Origin: a phage
Direction: 5' to 3' (one strand)
DNA length: 51,359 nt
Sequence record: PZ452592.1
This document shows, piece by piece, positions 9,982 through 20,401 of the stretch. Numbering within the stretch: position 1 is the first letter of the stretch; each line of letters begins with the position of its first letter. The notes under the pieces were generated by a model. It made no database searches, was not told the DNA's origin, and saw only the letters and a list, made by a program, of their open reading frames with translations. Made by a program: the position numbers and the translations under genes.

Positions 9982-10299
9982 ATGGCAAAGATGAAACTAA
10001 CGTTAGGCCCACTGCCTGATTTTAAGCTGCCTGTTTCTTTCGTGCTTCCAAATGGTGATGAGCAAGTTATTGTTTTTACCGTGCGCCACAAGAAGGCAAG
10101 CGAAATTCACGAACGATACACGGCAGAAAAGCCGATGAGCGACGTAGAAATGATCACCTTCCTTGCTTCCGGTTGGGATTTGGAAGATGAATTTAACGAG
10201 GAAAACGTTGCTAAATTGCTGGATTATTACCCGTCTGCGTCATTATCGCTGACTGGTCATTATATGAAAGCACTTGCGGGGCAGCGGGTAAAAAACTAA
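9982..10299 (+). CDS. tail assembly chaperone (G-like)
   Basis: 105-aa ORF between major tail and tape measure genes; ends just after slippery heptamer. Confidence 0.6.
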   Translation: MAKMKLTLGPLPDFKLPVSFVLPNGDEQVIVFTVRHKKASEIHERYTAEKPMSDVEMITFLASGWDLEDEFNEENVAKLLDYYPSASLSLTGHYMKALAGQRVKN

Positions 10300-10616
10300 A
10301 GCGGGCGGTTTACCTGTTTTACCTCAAGCCGCCAACTGACGCACAATTAGAGGCCGTCGGCCTATCCCGTTCAGACTACGAAGGGGAGGATCCGCCGGAG
10401 GTAATTTTTGATGAATCAATGTTTCAATCTTGGGATCTGTTTTGCGCTATGCAGACGCAATGGAGATCGACTAGCGGCAGTGTGTATGGGTTCGACTATA
10501 ACGTTTTGCCTATGCTTTTTGACATTTACAAGATTGAGGATCGGGAGATGGCGCTAAATGATTTGCGCATCATGGAACAAAAGGCGCTAGAAATGATTCA
10601 TTCAAACAAAACATAA
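9982..10616 (+). CDS. tail assembly chaperone frameshift product (GT-like)
   Basis: A AAA AAC at 10290-10296; -1 frame open from 10281 to stop at 10614-10616 with no ATG until 10419. Confidence 0.5.
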
Positions 10617-10636
10617 GCGCCGCGAGGCGCTTTTTT
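10617..10636 (+). terminator. intrinsic terminator
   Basis: hairpin GCGCC-GCGA-GGCGC followed by T6. Confidence 0.6.
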
Positions 10637-10655
10637 AATATCTGGAGGTTTTAAA

Positions 10656-13337
10656 ATGGCTGAAAAATACGCTGGCCTAACGCTAGGCGTTGACGTGTCG
10701 CAGGTCAACAATGCTGTTAAATCATTGCAGCAATTCAAGAAGGCAAACGACGACGCAAAAAAAAGCGTTAATGAATTTGTTGATTCTGAGGTTGTGGCCC
10801 GACAGCAAGCAAAACATCTTGCCGAAGAACTGGCGCGCCAGAAAGCAGAATTTAAGAAAATCCAGGAGTCAATTGATCCCACTGCATCAAAGATGGATAA
10901 GCTGCGAAAGGCAGCGACACAGCTTGATGCGCTATGGAAAAAGGGCGTTGTTCCTGATCAGACTTTTTTTGAGCTTGGGGCAATTCTTGAGACGCAGCAA
11001 AACAAGCTGATCGCAACCAAAAAAGCGATGACAGAGGAAGGCCGCGCGGCACTTGAGGAATCAAAGAACAAAGCGCGTGCAGCGGAAGAGGCTAAAAAAT
11101 TCGTCCAGGCTTTGCGTGAGCAGGAAGAAGCAGCCGGAAAAAGCAAGTCTGAATTGCTGGAAATGAAAGCGGCACAGCTTGGTGTTAGCCAGGAGGCAGC
11201 GCCTTACATCGCAAGGCTGAAAGAGCAGGAAAAGCAGATCCAAAAACTTGGAATTTCTACGGGTCAATACAAACAAGCAATGGCGCAATTGCCAATGCAG
11301 ATCACAGACGTGGTGACTTCACTTGCTTCTGGAATGCCTGTTTGGTTGGTCGCAATCCAGCAGGGCGGACAGATTAAGGATTCTTTTGGTGGCGCATCCA
11401 ATGCTTTAAAAGCGTTGCTATCTTTCCTGAATCCGGCAAACGTGGCGTTTGGCTTACTTTCAGGCACGCTGGCAATTGCTGCATATAATGCCTACAAAAC
11501 ACAGACAGAGTTTGAAGCAATTAAAAAAACCGTTCAGGAAACAACTGGCTTGACTGGTGATTTTGCCGAAAAGATTGCTATAGGAATCCAGGAGCTTTCC
11601 GACAAGACAGGCGAAAGCGCCGAAGATCTTGCAAAGGCTTACATCACCACGAAAGACGGCGCGATCGAGGCGATTAAAAAACTGGTTGACGTTGGCATGA
11701 CTTATGATGACGCAAAAAAGAAAGTCAACGAGTACAAGGGCGCGTCTAGCTTTGTCAGCTTGAATAACGAAATTGCAAACCACAAAAACAAAGTCCTTGA
11801 GTTGGGCGATTCGTGGTATGAGGTTTTGAAAGCGAAGCGTGATTACGCTTCCCCGTCCGGCGGCCTGTTAGGTAAGGATCTTGGCTATGTTAACCCTATG
11901 CTTAAGTTTGCACTTAACACTTATGAAGACATTGGAAAGGTCGTAAAAGATGCGAATAAGGACATGGCGGAACGAGCGGAGCGAATCGACAAAGAAAACC
12001 TGGCCTTAAACAGAGTGCGCGCAGCACAGGAGGCTTTAAACAAAGCCATTGAGGATCAGAAAAATGTGGCGCGTTCGGCTGATGAAGAACTGAAAAAGCG
12101 CGCGGCTGAAAACGTGGAGTTTAGGCGCAAAGAGCTTGAGGAAATCAAGAAGCAGGAGCAGAAAAAGAAAGAGGCTAAAGGTGGAATAGTTCGCGGCCCG
12201 ACTGAGCAGCTTGATAAAGAGTTGTACGTTTTAAAAGCGCAACTGGAGATGCTTAAAGAGCATCGCACTGTTAACGATGTTATTTCTCGCCAGCGTAAAT
12301 CATTATGGAGTATCGAAAAGCAGATCGAGATCCTGGAGGAAGCGCAGAGCAAGCGTAAATTGACCGGAGCGGAACAGGCGCTACTAAACGAGCAAAAAGC
12401 CGTTCTTGAAATGGCAAGGCAAAAAGCGGAGCTAGGGGATCAGATTGTTTTACAGGAGCGCAAAAACAAGCTGGAGCAAGATAGCATTAAGTTTATCCGT
12501 GAAACTCAGGCGGCTATTGATGTGCTTGGCCTTAAGCAACTTGGCTACACTGAAAAGCAGATCGAGCGTGAGCTAGAGTTACGCAAGCTGCGCACCGACT
12601 ACGAGGCGCAAGGCGGAAGCGTTAGCGATGAAGTTTTTCAGCAAATGGAGGCGAAACTTAAGCAGTATTATCAGACACAGGATGAGGTTCAAGGCAACTG
12701 GTTGGCAGGAGCAAAAAACGCATGGGAGATGTTCGCGGAAGATGCAAACAATGCCTATGGCAATGTTCAGCAGATCGCAAGCGAGGCGTTAAACGGCCTT
12801 ACAAACCAATTAGCGAATTTTATCGCTACTGGCAAGGCAAACTTTAAAGACTTCTCGACGGCTATCATCAAAATGATTATTCAGATGATCACGAAAATGG
12901 TCGTCTTTAATGCGTTATCTGGCCTGATGGGTGGTCAAACCTGGACGATGGGGAGCTTGCTTAAGAATATTGGCGGATTTGCTGGCGGTGGATACACTGG
13001 AGACGGCGGGAAGTATGAGCCAGCCGGAATTGTCCATAAAGGTGAATTTGTCATGACGAAGGAGGCGACGCAGCGTATCGGGGTAGGAAACTTGTACCGC
13101 ATGATGCGAGGCTATGCTAACGGCGGCGTTGTTGGTAGTTCCGGCTATACTGGCGGTGACGCTGTAACTGGTGGAGCACCTCAATTTAACATCGGCGGGA
13201 TTGATGTTAGCATCACTAACGGAAACGATCCGAAGGGCATCGAAACTGGTGTTAAGATGATCTTTACTGATATGATTAAACGTTCCTGTATGCAGGGCGG
13301 CGAGGTTTACGAATTTGTTATGAGCAAGCGAGGTTGA
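10656..13337 (+). CDS. tail tape measure protein
   Basis: 893-aa ORF, long coiled-coil-rich Ala/Lys/Glu/Gln sequence, Gly-rich C-terminal region; after G/GT. Confidence 0.85.
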   Translation: MAEKYAGLTLGVDVSQVNNAVKSLQQFKKANDDAKKSVNEFVDSEVVARQQAKHLAEELARQKAEFKKIQESIDPTASKMDKLRKAATQLDALWKKGVVPDQTFFELGAILETQQNKLIATKKAMTEEGRAALEESKNKARAAEEAKKFVQALREQEEAAGKSKSELLEMKAAQLGVSQEAAPYIARLKEQEKQIQKLGISTGQYKQAMAQLPMQITDVVTSLASGMPVWLVAIQQGGQIKDSFGGASNALKALLSFLNPANVAFGLLSGTLAIAAYNAYKTQTEFEAIKKTVQETTGLTGDFAEKIAIGIQELSDKTGESAEDLAKAYITTKDGAIEAIKKLVDVGMTYDDAKKKVNEYKGASSFVSLNNEIANHKNKVLELGDSWYEVLKAKRDYASPSGGLLGKDLGYVNPMLKFALNTYEDIGKVVKDANKDMAERAERIDKENLALNRVRAAQEALNKAIEDQKNVARSADEELKKRAAENVEFRRKELEEIKKQEQKKKEAKGGIVRGPTEQLDKELYVLKAQLEMLKEHRTVNDVISRQRKSLWSIEKQIEILEEAQSKRKLTGAEQALLNEQKAVLEMARQKAELGDQIVLQERKNKLEQDSIKFIRETQAAIDVLGLKQLGYTEKQIERELELRKLRTDYEAQGGSVSDEVFQQMEAKLKQYYQTQDEVQGNWLAGAKNAWEMFAEDANNAYGNVQQIASEALNGLTNQLANFIATGKANFKDFSTAIIKMIIQMITKMVVFNALSGLMGGQTWTMGSLLKNIGGFAGGGYTGDGGKYEPAGIVHKGEFVMTKEATQRIGVGNLYRMMRGYANGGVVGSSGYTGGDAVTGGAPQFNIGGIDVSITNGNDPKGIETGVKMIFTDMIKRSCMQGGEVYEFVMSKRG

Positions 13338-13339
13338 TA

Positions 13340-13690
13340 ATGAAGCTGGATCAGTTTAAGTGGTGTACGCAGGTTCAGAATGGTGGCGGGGCCATGACGT
13401 CATCGAATAACGATCGAGAGATTGCATTCGGTAACGGATACACACAGGTAGCATCTGGAGGTTTTAACACAATCCGGCGAGAGTTCAGCATTGTTTACGC
13501 TGGGCTTGATTACAGAGATGTTGTCAAGTTCCTGAATGAGCACAGGCTAAAACCTTTCTTGTGGATCATGCCAGATGGAAGCCCTGGATTGTTTAGGGTG
13601 AAAAGCGGTAGCGTCGGCCTTACTCCATTGTCGCCAACCGTTCAGGAAGTAAAAGCCACTTTTACGGAACAATTTACATCAATGCAGTAA
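13340..13690 (+). CDS. minor tail protein (lambda M-like)
   Basis: 116-aa ORF directly after tape measure; first of M-L-K-I-J order. Confidence 0.6.
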   Translation: MKLDQFKWCTQVQNGGGAMTSSNNDREIAFGNGYTQVASGGFNTIRREFSIVYAGLDYRDVVKFLNEHRLKPFLWIMPDGSPGLFRVKSGSVGLTPLSPTVQEVKATFTEQFTSMQ

Positions 13691-13695
13691 TTTAA

Positions 13696-13718
13696 AGCCG
13701 CCTTTGTGCGGCTTTTTT
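13696..13718 (+). terminator. intrinsic terminator
   Basis: hairpin AGCCGC-CTTTGT-GCGGCT followed by T-run. Confidence 0.6.
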
Positions 13719-13752
13719 CTTGATGTTACAATGAGCAAAAAGGAGGTAGAAA

Positions 13753-14514
13753 ATGGCTAATAAAGAATCAGGTAGAGTTGAATTTGAGAACTGCCTACAA
13801 AGTTTGTACCCAGGCGAAATTATAACGCTTGTGGAGATTGACGGGACGAAGTTCGGGGCAAATATTTACCGATTTCACAATGAGAACATCTCTTATACTG
13901 CCGAGGAATTAATGCAAGCGCAGCAAACCGGAATCTTGCCGCCGAAAGATATTATTTTTCAGGGTGATGTTTACGGAGCGCGGCCTTTCGGTGTGAGCGG
14001 GATTAACTTCACAAGTAACGGCAGGGCAGATAAGCCTCAGCTTATAGTGTCAAACCTTGATAGCAGGGTGAGCGCCATGATCAGAAATTACAATGGCATG
14101 ATGCAAGCAAAGGTGACTTTCTGGATAACGGCAAAGGAATTTATCGGAGAAGGCGGAGCAATCAAAGATGGCGCTTACAGAAAATTGGTTTATTACATTG
14201 AGCGCCCAAGCCAGTACAATAGAGAGATAGCGAAATTTGATCTAACATCGCCTTACGATATGGATGGATTAATGATCCCGCCGCGCATCACTCAAAGCGT
14301 CTGCTATTGGGCGCAAAGGGGGTGGTACAGGAGCGGAAAGGGTTGCTCTTATAACGGATCGGCAATGTTCGATAAAGACAATAATCCAGTAACAGATCCA
14401 TCACAAGACTATTGCGCCGGGACTGTAACGGCTTGCAAATTGAGATTCGGTCAGCAAAACGAGTTGGATTTCGGCGGTTGCGCGGTGGCGTCACTGCTAC
14501 GGAGGAATCAATAA
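13753..14514 (+). CDS. minor tail protein (lambda L-like)
   Basis: 253-aa ORF with Cys-rich C-terminus (CYWAQ...GCSYNGS...CAGTVTAC...GGC) as in L-type tail tip proteins. Confidence 0.7.
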   Translation: MANKESGRVEFENCLQSLYPGEIITLVEIDGTKFGANIYRFHNENISYTAEELMQAQQTGILPPKDIIFQGDVYGARPFGVSGINFTSNGRADKPQLIVSNLDSRVSAMIRNYNGMMQAKVTFWITAKEFIGEGGAIKDGAYRKLVYYIERPSQYNREIAKFDLTSPYDMDGLMIPPRITQSVCYWAQRGWYRSGKGCSYNGSAMFDKDNNPVTDPSQDYCAGTVTACKLRFGQQNELDFGGCAVASLLRRNQ

Positions 14515-15245
14515 TGATTAGTGCAAAAATTAAACTTGAAATAATGCAGCACGTTAAAGAGGAATACCCTAAAGAGGCTTGCGGCGTCATAACTCAAAAG
14601 TCACGGGTACAGAAATATCACCGCATAACCAACGTGCATGACGATCCAGAAAATCACTTTGAAATGGACGCCGTAGAATACGCTGAATCGCTCGACAAAG
14701 GCGAATTAATCGCGGTGGTGCATTCCCATTGCGGGGATGGTGCTAGCACGATACCGAGCGCGCACGACTCATGTATGTGCGATGAAATGGGTGTGTCGTG
14801 GATTATAGTATCATGGCCCGAAGGTGATATGAGAATTGTCGAGCCGCAGGAGAGGCCGCTTATCGGTCGCCCGTGGTCGCTGGGGTCGTTCGATTGCTGG
14901 GGTCTTATCATGGCATGGCATAAACAGCACGGAGTAGTATTGAATGACTTCCGAAAGCCTTACGAGTGGTGGAAGTCAGAATATGGTGAAAATCTTTACC
15001 AGGATAATTATTTGAAAGAGGGATTTGTTGAAACTAACGAGCCTCCAAAACCTGGTGATATGGTGATTATGCAACTATCATCACCAGTCTGGAATCATGC
15101 GGGAATTTATTTGGGTAACAACCAGCTATTACATCATGCGTTTGGAAAGCTATCTCGCATCGACTTGTATTCTGGATGGTATCAGGAGCACACTGTAAAA
15201 ATTTGCCGACATAAGGATCTGAAATATGACATTGAAAGTAATTAA
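14514..15245 (+). CDS. tail assembly protein (lambda K-like; JAMM/MPN + NlpC/P60)
   Basis: HSHCGDGASTIPSAHD (JAMM-like) and FDCWGL (NlpC/P60-like Cys); ATG overlaps L stop (TAATG). Confidence 0.75.
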   Translation: MISAKIKLEIMQHVKEEYPKEACGVITQKSRVQKYHRITNVHDDPENHFEMDAVEYAESLDKGELIAVVHSHCGDGASTIPSAHDSCMCDEMGVSWIIVSWPEGDMRIVEPQERPLIGRPWSLGSFDCWGLIMAWHKQHGVVLNDFRKPYEWWKSEYGENLYQDNYLKEGFVETNEPPKPGDMVIMQLSSPVWNHAGIYLGNNQLLHHAFGKLSRIDLYSGWYQEHTVKICRHKDLKYDIESN

Positions 15246-15822
15246 GCTATCTGGTTCTCTGGGGCGTAGATTTGGCGTCTTTCACAAAATGGCGGTTGAC
15301 TCATACCCCGAAGCAATACGTGCGTTATCTTCCCAGGTTGAAGGGTTCAAAGACTACATGCAAAGCGAAGTAGGATCGCGCATGAAGTACGCTGTATTCG
15401 TTGACGGTAAAAACGTTGGTCAGCATGATGAAAAATCATGGAAGTGCGCGCGAGAGGTTCGAATAGTTCCCGTTCCAACTGGTTCTAAGTCCGGCGGCCT
15501 GTTTAATGTTGTTCTTGGCGCTGCAATTATGGCTACTGCGTTCTTTACTGGTGGTGCAAGTCTTGCTGCTATGGGTGCTTTTGCATCTTCCGCATTTATG
15601 ATGGGTGGTGCTATCGCGCTTGGCGGTGTCATGCAAATGATCTCGCCGCAGCAGGGAGGAATGAAACTGCAAAGCCAATCAGCAGAAAACAAGCCTTCTT
15701 ACGCTTTCGGCGGTGCTGTAAATACCACGGCGGCAGGTTATCCGGTTCCTTTGCCATATGGATATAGGACAGTAGGCGGCGCAATCTGGTCGGCTGGCAG
15801 CTACGCAGAAGATAAAGCATAA
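15226..15822 (+). CDS. tail assembly protein (lambda I-like)
   Basis: 198-aa ORF; Gly/Ala-rich hydrophobic C-terminal half; position between K and J. Confidence 0.65.
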   Translation: MTLKVIKLSGSLGRRFGVFHKMAVDSYPEAIRALSSQVEGFKDYMQSEVGSRMKYAVFVDGKNVGQHDEKSWKCAREVRIVPVPTGSKSGGLFNVVLGAAIMATAFFTGGASLAAMGAFASSAFMMGGAIALGGVMQMISPQQGGMKLQSQSAENKPSYAFGGAVNTTAAGYPVPLPYGYRTVGGAIWSAGSYAEDKA

Positions 15823-15829
15823 AAAAATA

Positions 15830-15851
15830 CCCGCCTTGCGCGGGTTTTTTT
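15830..15851 (+). terminator. intrinsic terminator
   Basis: hairpin CCCGC-CTTGC-GCGGG followed by T7. Confidence 0.75.
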
Positions 15852-15900
15852 GTGCATTTATAATGTGCAAACCAAGAAACAGCACAAAAGGTTAAAAGTC

Positions 15901-18900
15901 ATGGCTAAATATATGATAAGCGGCAGTAAGGGCGGAAGCAAAAAGCCATACGTGCCAAAAGAGATGGAAGATAACCTGATCTCGATAAACAAGATTAAAG
16001 TTTTGCTGGCTGTATCTGATGGCGAGTGCGATCCAGATTTCACGTTGCGCGATCTTTATCTTGATGATGTTCCGGTTATTGCCAGCGATGGCACTGTTAA
16101 CTACGAGGGGGTTACTGCTGAATATCGACCAGGTACGCAGACGCAAGATTACATCCAGGGGTTTACTGACACATCAAGCGAGGTGACAGTTTCGCGAGAT
16201 ATTACAGCAGACAATCCTTATGTTATATCTGTGACAAACAAAAATCTTTCTGCAATCAGAATCAAGATTCTGATGCCAGTTGGCATAAAACAGGAGGATA
16301 ACGGCGATCTTGTTGGCGTAAGGGTTGAGTATGCCGTAGATATGGCTATTGATGGCGGTTCTTATAGCGAGGTTATGAGAGATGCAATTGACGGCAAGAC
16401 AAGATCAGGATACGACCGCAGCAGAAGGATTGATCTTCCTAAGTTTGATGAGCGCGTTTTAATCCGAGTAAAGCGACTGACTCCAGACAGCACATCTTCA
16501 AAGGTGACTGATAAAATCAAGTTGCAAAGTTACGCTGAGGTTGTTGATGCAAAATTCCGTTATCCTCTGACTGGCCTTGTATTCGTAGAATTTGACAGCG
16601 AATTGTTTCCTACGCAAATCCCTAACATTTCTATAAAAAAGAAATGGAAGATTATTAATGTGCCAAGCAACTATGATCCAATATCAAGAGAATATCACGG
16701 GTCATGGGATGGGACTTTTAAAAAAGCGTGGTCAAATAATCCGGCTTGGGTTCTTTATGATCTGGTGACAAATCAGCGTTACGGACTTGATCAGCGAGAG
16801 TTAGGAATACAGATCGACAAGTGGAGCTTATACGAGGCGGGTGTTTACTGTGATCAGAAAGTTCCAGACGGCAAGGGCGGTACAGAGCCTCGCTACCTAT
16901 GCGATGTGGTGATTCAGAATCAAGTTGAGGCTTATCAGCTAATCCGTGACATTTGCTCAATCTTTCGCGGAATGAGTTTTTGGAATGGTGAGAGCTTATC
17001 AATCGTGATTGATAAGCCGCGCGATCCATCATACGTGTTTACTAATGAAAACGTCATCAACGGTGATTTTCAGTACACAAACGCAAGCGAAAAAAGCATG
17101 TACACGCAGTGTAACGTGACGTTTGACGACGAACAAAACATGTATCAGCAGGACGTAGAGGGTGTTTTTGATACTGAGGCTGCATTACGATTTGGATACA
17201 ATCCAACAAGCATTACAGCGATCGGTTGTACACGCAGGAGCGAAGCGAATCGTCGCGGTCGGTGGGTTTTGAAAACAAACCTTAGAAGCACTACTGTAAA
17301 CTTTGCTACCGGACTAGAGGGGATGATTCCATCAATAGGTGATGTGATTGCTATCGCTGATAATTTTCAGAGCAGCAACCTAACGTTAAACCTATCGGGC
17401 CGAGTGATGGAAGTTTCAGGATTGCAGGTTTTCGTTCCGTTTAAGGTTGATGCTCGTCCTGGTGATTTTATTATCATCAACAAGCCGGACGGAAAGCCAG
17501 TTAAGCGCACGATCTCAAAGGTTAGCGCAGACGGAAAAACCATTGAGTTAAATATTGGATTTGGTTTTGATGTTAAGCCTGATACTGTTTTTGCGATTGA
17601 CCGTACTGACCTTGCGTTGCAGCAATACGTTGTGACAACTATCAGCAAGGGTGATGACGAAAACGAGTTTACCTATTCAATCACTGCTGTGGAGTACGAT
17701 CCGAACAAATACGACGAGATTGATTATGGAGTAAACATTGATGACAGGCCGACTTCAATTGTTCAGCCTGACGTGATGGCAGCGCCGGAGAACGTTAAGA
17801 TCTCATCTTATTCTCGCGTCGTGCAGGGTGTTAGCGTTGAGACTATGGTTGTTTCATGGGATAAGGTTCCTTACGCATCGCTTTATGAAATGCAGTGGCG
17901 AAAAGGTGATGGTAACTGGCTGAATACGCCGCAGACCGCTAACAAAGAGATAGAGGTAGAAGGGATTTATTCAGGCAACTACCAAGTAAGGGTGAGATCA
18001 GTTTCTGCGAGCGGTAACACTTCCCCGTGGTCAAAGATTGCAACCGCAACCCTGACAGGTAAAGTTGGCGAGCCAGGAGCGCCGATTAATCTTACAGCCT
18101 CTGATAATGAAGTTTTTGGCATTCGTGTTAAATGGGGTATGCCGGAAGGTTCAGGCGATACTGCCTACATTGAGCTTCACCAATCGCCAGATGGAACGGT
18201 GGAAAACTCAAGTCTTCTTACGCTGATCCCATATCCGCAATATGAGTATTGGCATAGCACTTTACCAGCGGGGCAAGTTGTATGGTATAGAATCCGCAGC
18301 GTTGACAGAATAGGCAACGTTTCAAGCTGGACTGACTTTGTTCGCGGCATGGCGTCAGATGACGTTGAATCTGTTTTGGGCGACATTCTGGACAAGATTT
18401 TTGATACAGAAGCTGGTCAAGAAATCAAAGAGAACGCCATAGACAGTGCCAATAAAATCAAAGACCAGGCGCAATCAATCATACAGAACGCGTTGGCAAA
18501 TGATGCAGATGTGAAGTGGACGCGAGTGCAAAACGGAAAGCGCAAGGCTGAATATGGTCATGCTCTTGAGCTTATCGCCAATGAAACAGAAGCGCGCGTA
18601 ACTCAAATCGAAGAGTTAAGGGCTTCAATTGATGGCGAGATAACATCAAGCATCAAGACAGTGCAGGAGGCAATTGCCACTGAATCAGAGACGCGAGCGA
18701 CTCAAATTCAGCAGCTTGATTCTAAATTCACAAAAGAAATCGACGGCGTGCGCAAGGATACTTCTGCAAGCATTAGCGATGTAAGGCAGACAATCACTAA
18801 CGAGTCAGAAGCGCGCGCTCAGGCCGTTCAGCAGCTTGACGCTAAGTTCACGAAAGAGATAAACGACCTTGACGGAGTTATCAAAACAGAAGTCGAGGCT

Positions 18901-19479
18901 AACATCTCAGAAGTGAAACAGGCGATCGCCAATGAGACAGAGGCAAGGGTTCAGGCTGACCAGGCATTAACAGCACGATTTGGCGACGTTGAATCTGCAT
19001 TGGTTGAAAAGTTGGATTCTTGGGCGAGCGTTGATTCAGTTGGCGCTAAATACGCTATGAAACTTGGCCTTACTTACAAAGGCCAGCAATACAGCGCAGG
19101 AATGGTGATGCAGCTTTCGCAGGGTTCATCCGGCCTTATCTCGCAAATTTTGTTTGATGCTAACAGGTTCGCCATTATGACTAGCTCTACTGGAGGGACT
19201 TTTACTTTGCCTTTCGTGGTTGAGAATAATCAGGTTTTCATTAATAGTCTTTTGGTGAAGAACGGTTCAATCACTAATGCGATGATTGGTAATGTGATTC
19301 AGTCAAACAACTTTGTTCAAAACCAGCAAGGATGGAGGCTTGATAAAAACGGAATCTTTGAGAATTACGGATCAACGCCAGGAGAAGGAGCTACTAAATT
19401 CACGAATGAGGGATTGAAGGTAAAAGATGCAAACGGAGTATTGAGGGTTGAAGTCGGAAGGATTACCGGAAGCTGGTAA
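15901..19479 (+). CDS. central tail fibre/host specificity protein (lambda J-like)
   Basis: 1192-aa ORF from ATG 15901 (track start 15850 is upstream non-ATG); coiled-coil repeat region near C-terminus. Confidence 0.8.
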   Translation: MAKYMISGSKGGSKKPYVPKEMEDNLISINKIKVLLAVSDGECDPDFTLRDLYLDDVPVIASDGTVNYEGVTAEYRPGTQTQDYIQGFTDTSSEVTVSRDITADNPYVISVTNKNLSAIRIKILMPVGIKQEDNGDLVGVRVEYAVDMAIDGGSYSEVMRDAIDGKTRSGYDRSRRIDLPKFDERVLIRVKRLTPDSTSSKVTDKIKLQSYAEVVDAKFRYPLTGLVFVEFDSELFPTQIPNISIKKKWKIINVPSNYDPISREYHGSWDGTFKKAWSNNPAWVLYDLVTNQRYGLDQRELGIQIDKWSLYEAGVYCDQKVPDGKGGTEPRYLCDVVIQNQVEAYQLIRDICSIFRGMSFWNGESLSIVIDKPRDPSYVFTNENVINGDFQYTNASEKSMYTQCNVTFDDEQNMYQQDVEGVFDTEAALRFGYNPTSITAIGCTRRSEANRRGRWVLKTNLRSTTVNFATGLEGMIPSIGDVIAIADNFQSSNLTLNLSGRVMEVSGLQVFVPFKVDARPGDFIIINKPDGKPVKRTISKVSADGKTIELNIGFGFDVKPDTVFAIDRTDLALQQYVVTTISKGDDENEFTYSITAVEYDPNKYDEIDYGVNIDDRPTSIVQPDVMAAPENVKISSYSRVVQGVSVETMVVSWDKVPYASLYEMQWRKGDGNWLNTPQTANKEIEVEGIYSGNYQVRVRSVSASGNTSPWSKIATATLTGKVGEPGAPINLTASDNEVFGIRVKWGMPEGSGDTAYIELHQSPDGTVENSSLLTLIPYPQYEYWHSTLPAGQVVWYRIRSVDRIGNVSSWTDFVRGMASDDVESVLGDILDKIFDTEAGQEIKENAIDSANKIKDQAQSIIQNALANDADVKWTRVQNGKRKAEYGHALELIANETEARVTQIEELRASIDGEITSSIKTVQEAIATESETRATQIQQLDSKFTKEIDGVRKDTSASISDVRQTITNESEARAQAVQQLDAKFTKEINDLDGVIKTEVEANISEVKQAIANETEARVQADQALTARFGDVESALVEKLDSWASVDSVGAKYAMKLGLTYKGQQYSAGMVMQLSQGSSGLISQILFDANRFAIMTSSTGGTFTLPFVVENNQVFINSLLVKNGSITNAMIGNVIQSNNFVQNQQGWRLDKNGIFENYGSTPGEGATKFTNEGLKVKDANGVLRVEVGRITGSW

Positions 19480-19480
19480 A

Positions 19481-19501
19481 AAAGGGGGCATAGCCCCCTT
19501 T
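19481..19501. terminator. bidirectional intrinsic terminator
   Basis: hairpin GGGGGC-ATA-GCCCCC flanked by A-run and T-run between convergent genes. Confidence 0.75.
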
Positions 19502-19505
19502 AATT

Positions 19506-20120
19506 TTAATCATAGTGTGATGCATTTATAACCAAAACAGATGAAGCGGTGTAAATACCAACAGGTCCAGGAGTTTGTGCAACCTGCCTAGAAAAAGAGT
19601 AGATCCCGTTACCATACGCGGCAGCTTGAGACTCAAAAATCATGAATCCACCTAAAGCAGGATTAGGAACAGAGTTTAATGCTGTCAGTGATGGCATTAT
19701 GGCGCAAGGATAGCCCATGTTAACATCAAATGCGATCCCGCTTACGCCTACTTGCTTTGCATCTAGCGGCCTCATTTTTCCATGATAAACCATTTCACCA
19801 TGAGCATTATAAAACGCTATGCCGTGACTACCTGGGGGAGTCACCATATTACTAAAAGCATAAACAATAACCTCACCCTGATTATCAGATCTATCAAGTC
19901 TTATTGCGTGCCTTCCACCATTGTTAAATTGCGTGAATGATATGTATGATTTAGCGGTCAATCTAACAAAGAAAAAACATACCCTATCAACAGGAATTGA
20001 CGAAGTAAAAACGGTTCCGGTATTAGCAGATATTACGGCCCGATCAATTAGATTAACTGGAGTGAAATCTGGACTTAACCATAACGATCCGTCTGATTTT
20101 TTTATACTCATCCCGTACAT
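19506..20120 (-). CDS. hypothetical protein (possible receptor-binding/fibre accessory)
   Basis: 204-aa ORF from ATG at 20120 (track start 20132 is TTG); follows upstream stop TGA after 2 nt. Confidence 0.45.
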   Translation of the reverse strand: MYGMSIKKSDGSLWLSPDFTPVNLIDRAVISANTGTVFTSSIPVDRVCFFFVRLTAKSYISFTQFNNGGRHAIRLDRSDNQGEVIVYAFSNMVTPPGSHGIAFYNAHGEMVYHGKMRPLDAKQVGVSGIAFDVNMGYPCAIMPSLTALNSVPNPALGGFMIFESQAAAYGNGIYSFSRQVAQTPGPVGIYTASSVLVINASHYD

Positions 20121-20122
20121 TA

Positions 20123-20401
20123 TCACCCCCAAAAAGTATATATATATCTTGAATCAGATCCAGAAAGCCCACTCCATGTAACGGTGTCGCCACTTACCCC
20201 TAAGTTTGGTGCGCCAGGGTCGCCACCACGCCAGGAATTCATGCCAACATATATTGCTTTCAATGATTTACCTGGCGGCCTGTTTTGGTAAGTCTTGCTA
20301 CCTGATGGCTGAGTGAATTTATCAAGGAAGAAAACAGGCGTTAAAAGCCCTGTAACTTCCCTTCCTCGATCGTCATATATTGCATAACCATATTGCGCCA
20401 T
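20123..20401 (-). CDS. hypothetical protein
   Basis: 92-aa ORF, ATG overlaps lipoprotein stop (TAATG). Confidence 0.45.
   Translation of the reverse strand: MAQYGYAIYDDRGREVTGLLTPVFFLDKFTQPSGSKTYQNRPPGKSLKAIYVGMNSWRGGDPGAPNLGVSGDTVTWSGLSGSDSRYIYTFWG

Noticed and set aside
10598-12352. Multiple minus- and plus-strand ORFs overlapping the tape measure gene
   Set aside because: The tape measure frame is continuous for 893 codons; the overlapping ORFs are low-complexity artefacts of its repetitive composition.
19921-20181. 86-aa plus-strand ORF 19921..20181 between J and the lipoprotein module
   Set aside because: Overlaps two translationally coupled minus-strand genes and has no RBS; chance ORF.
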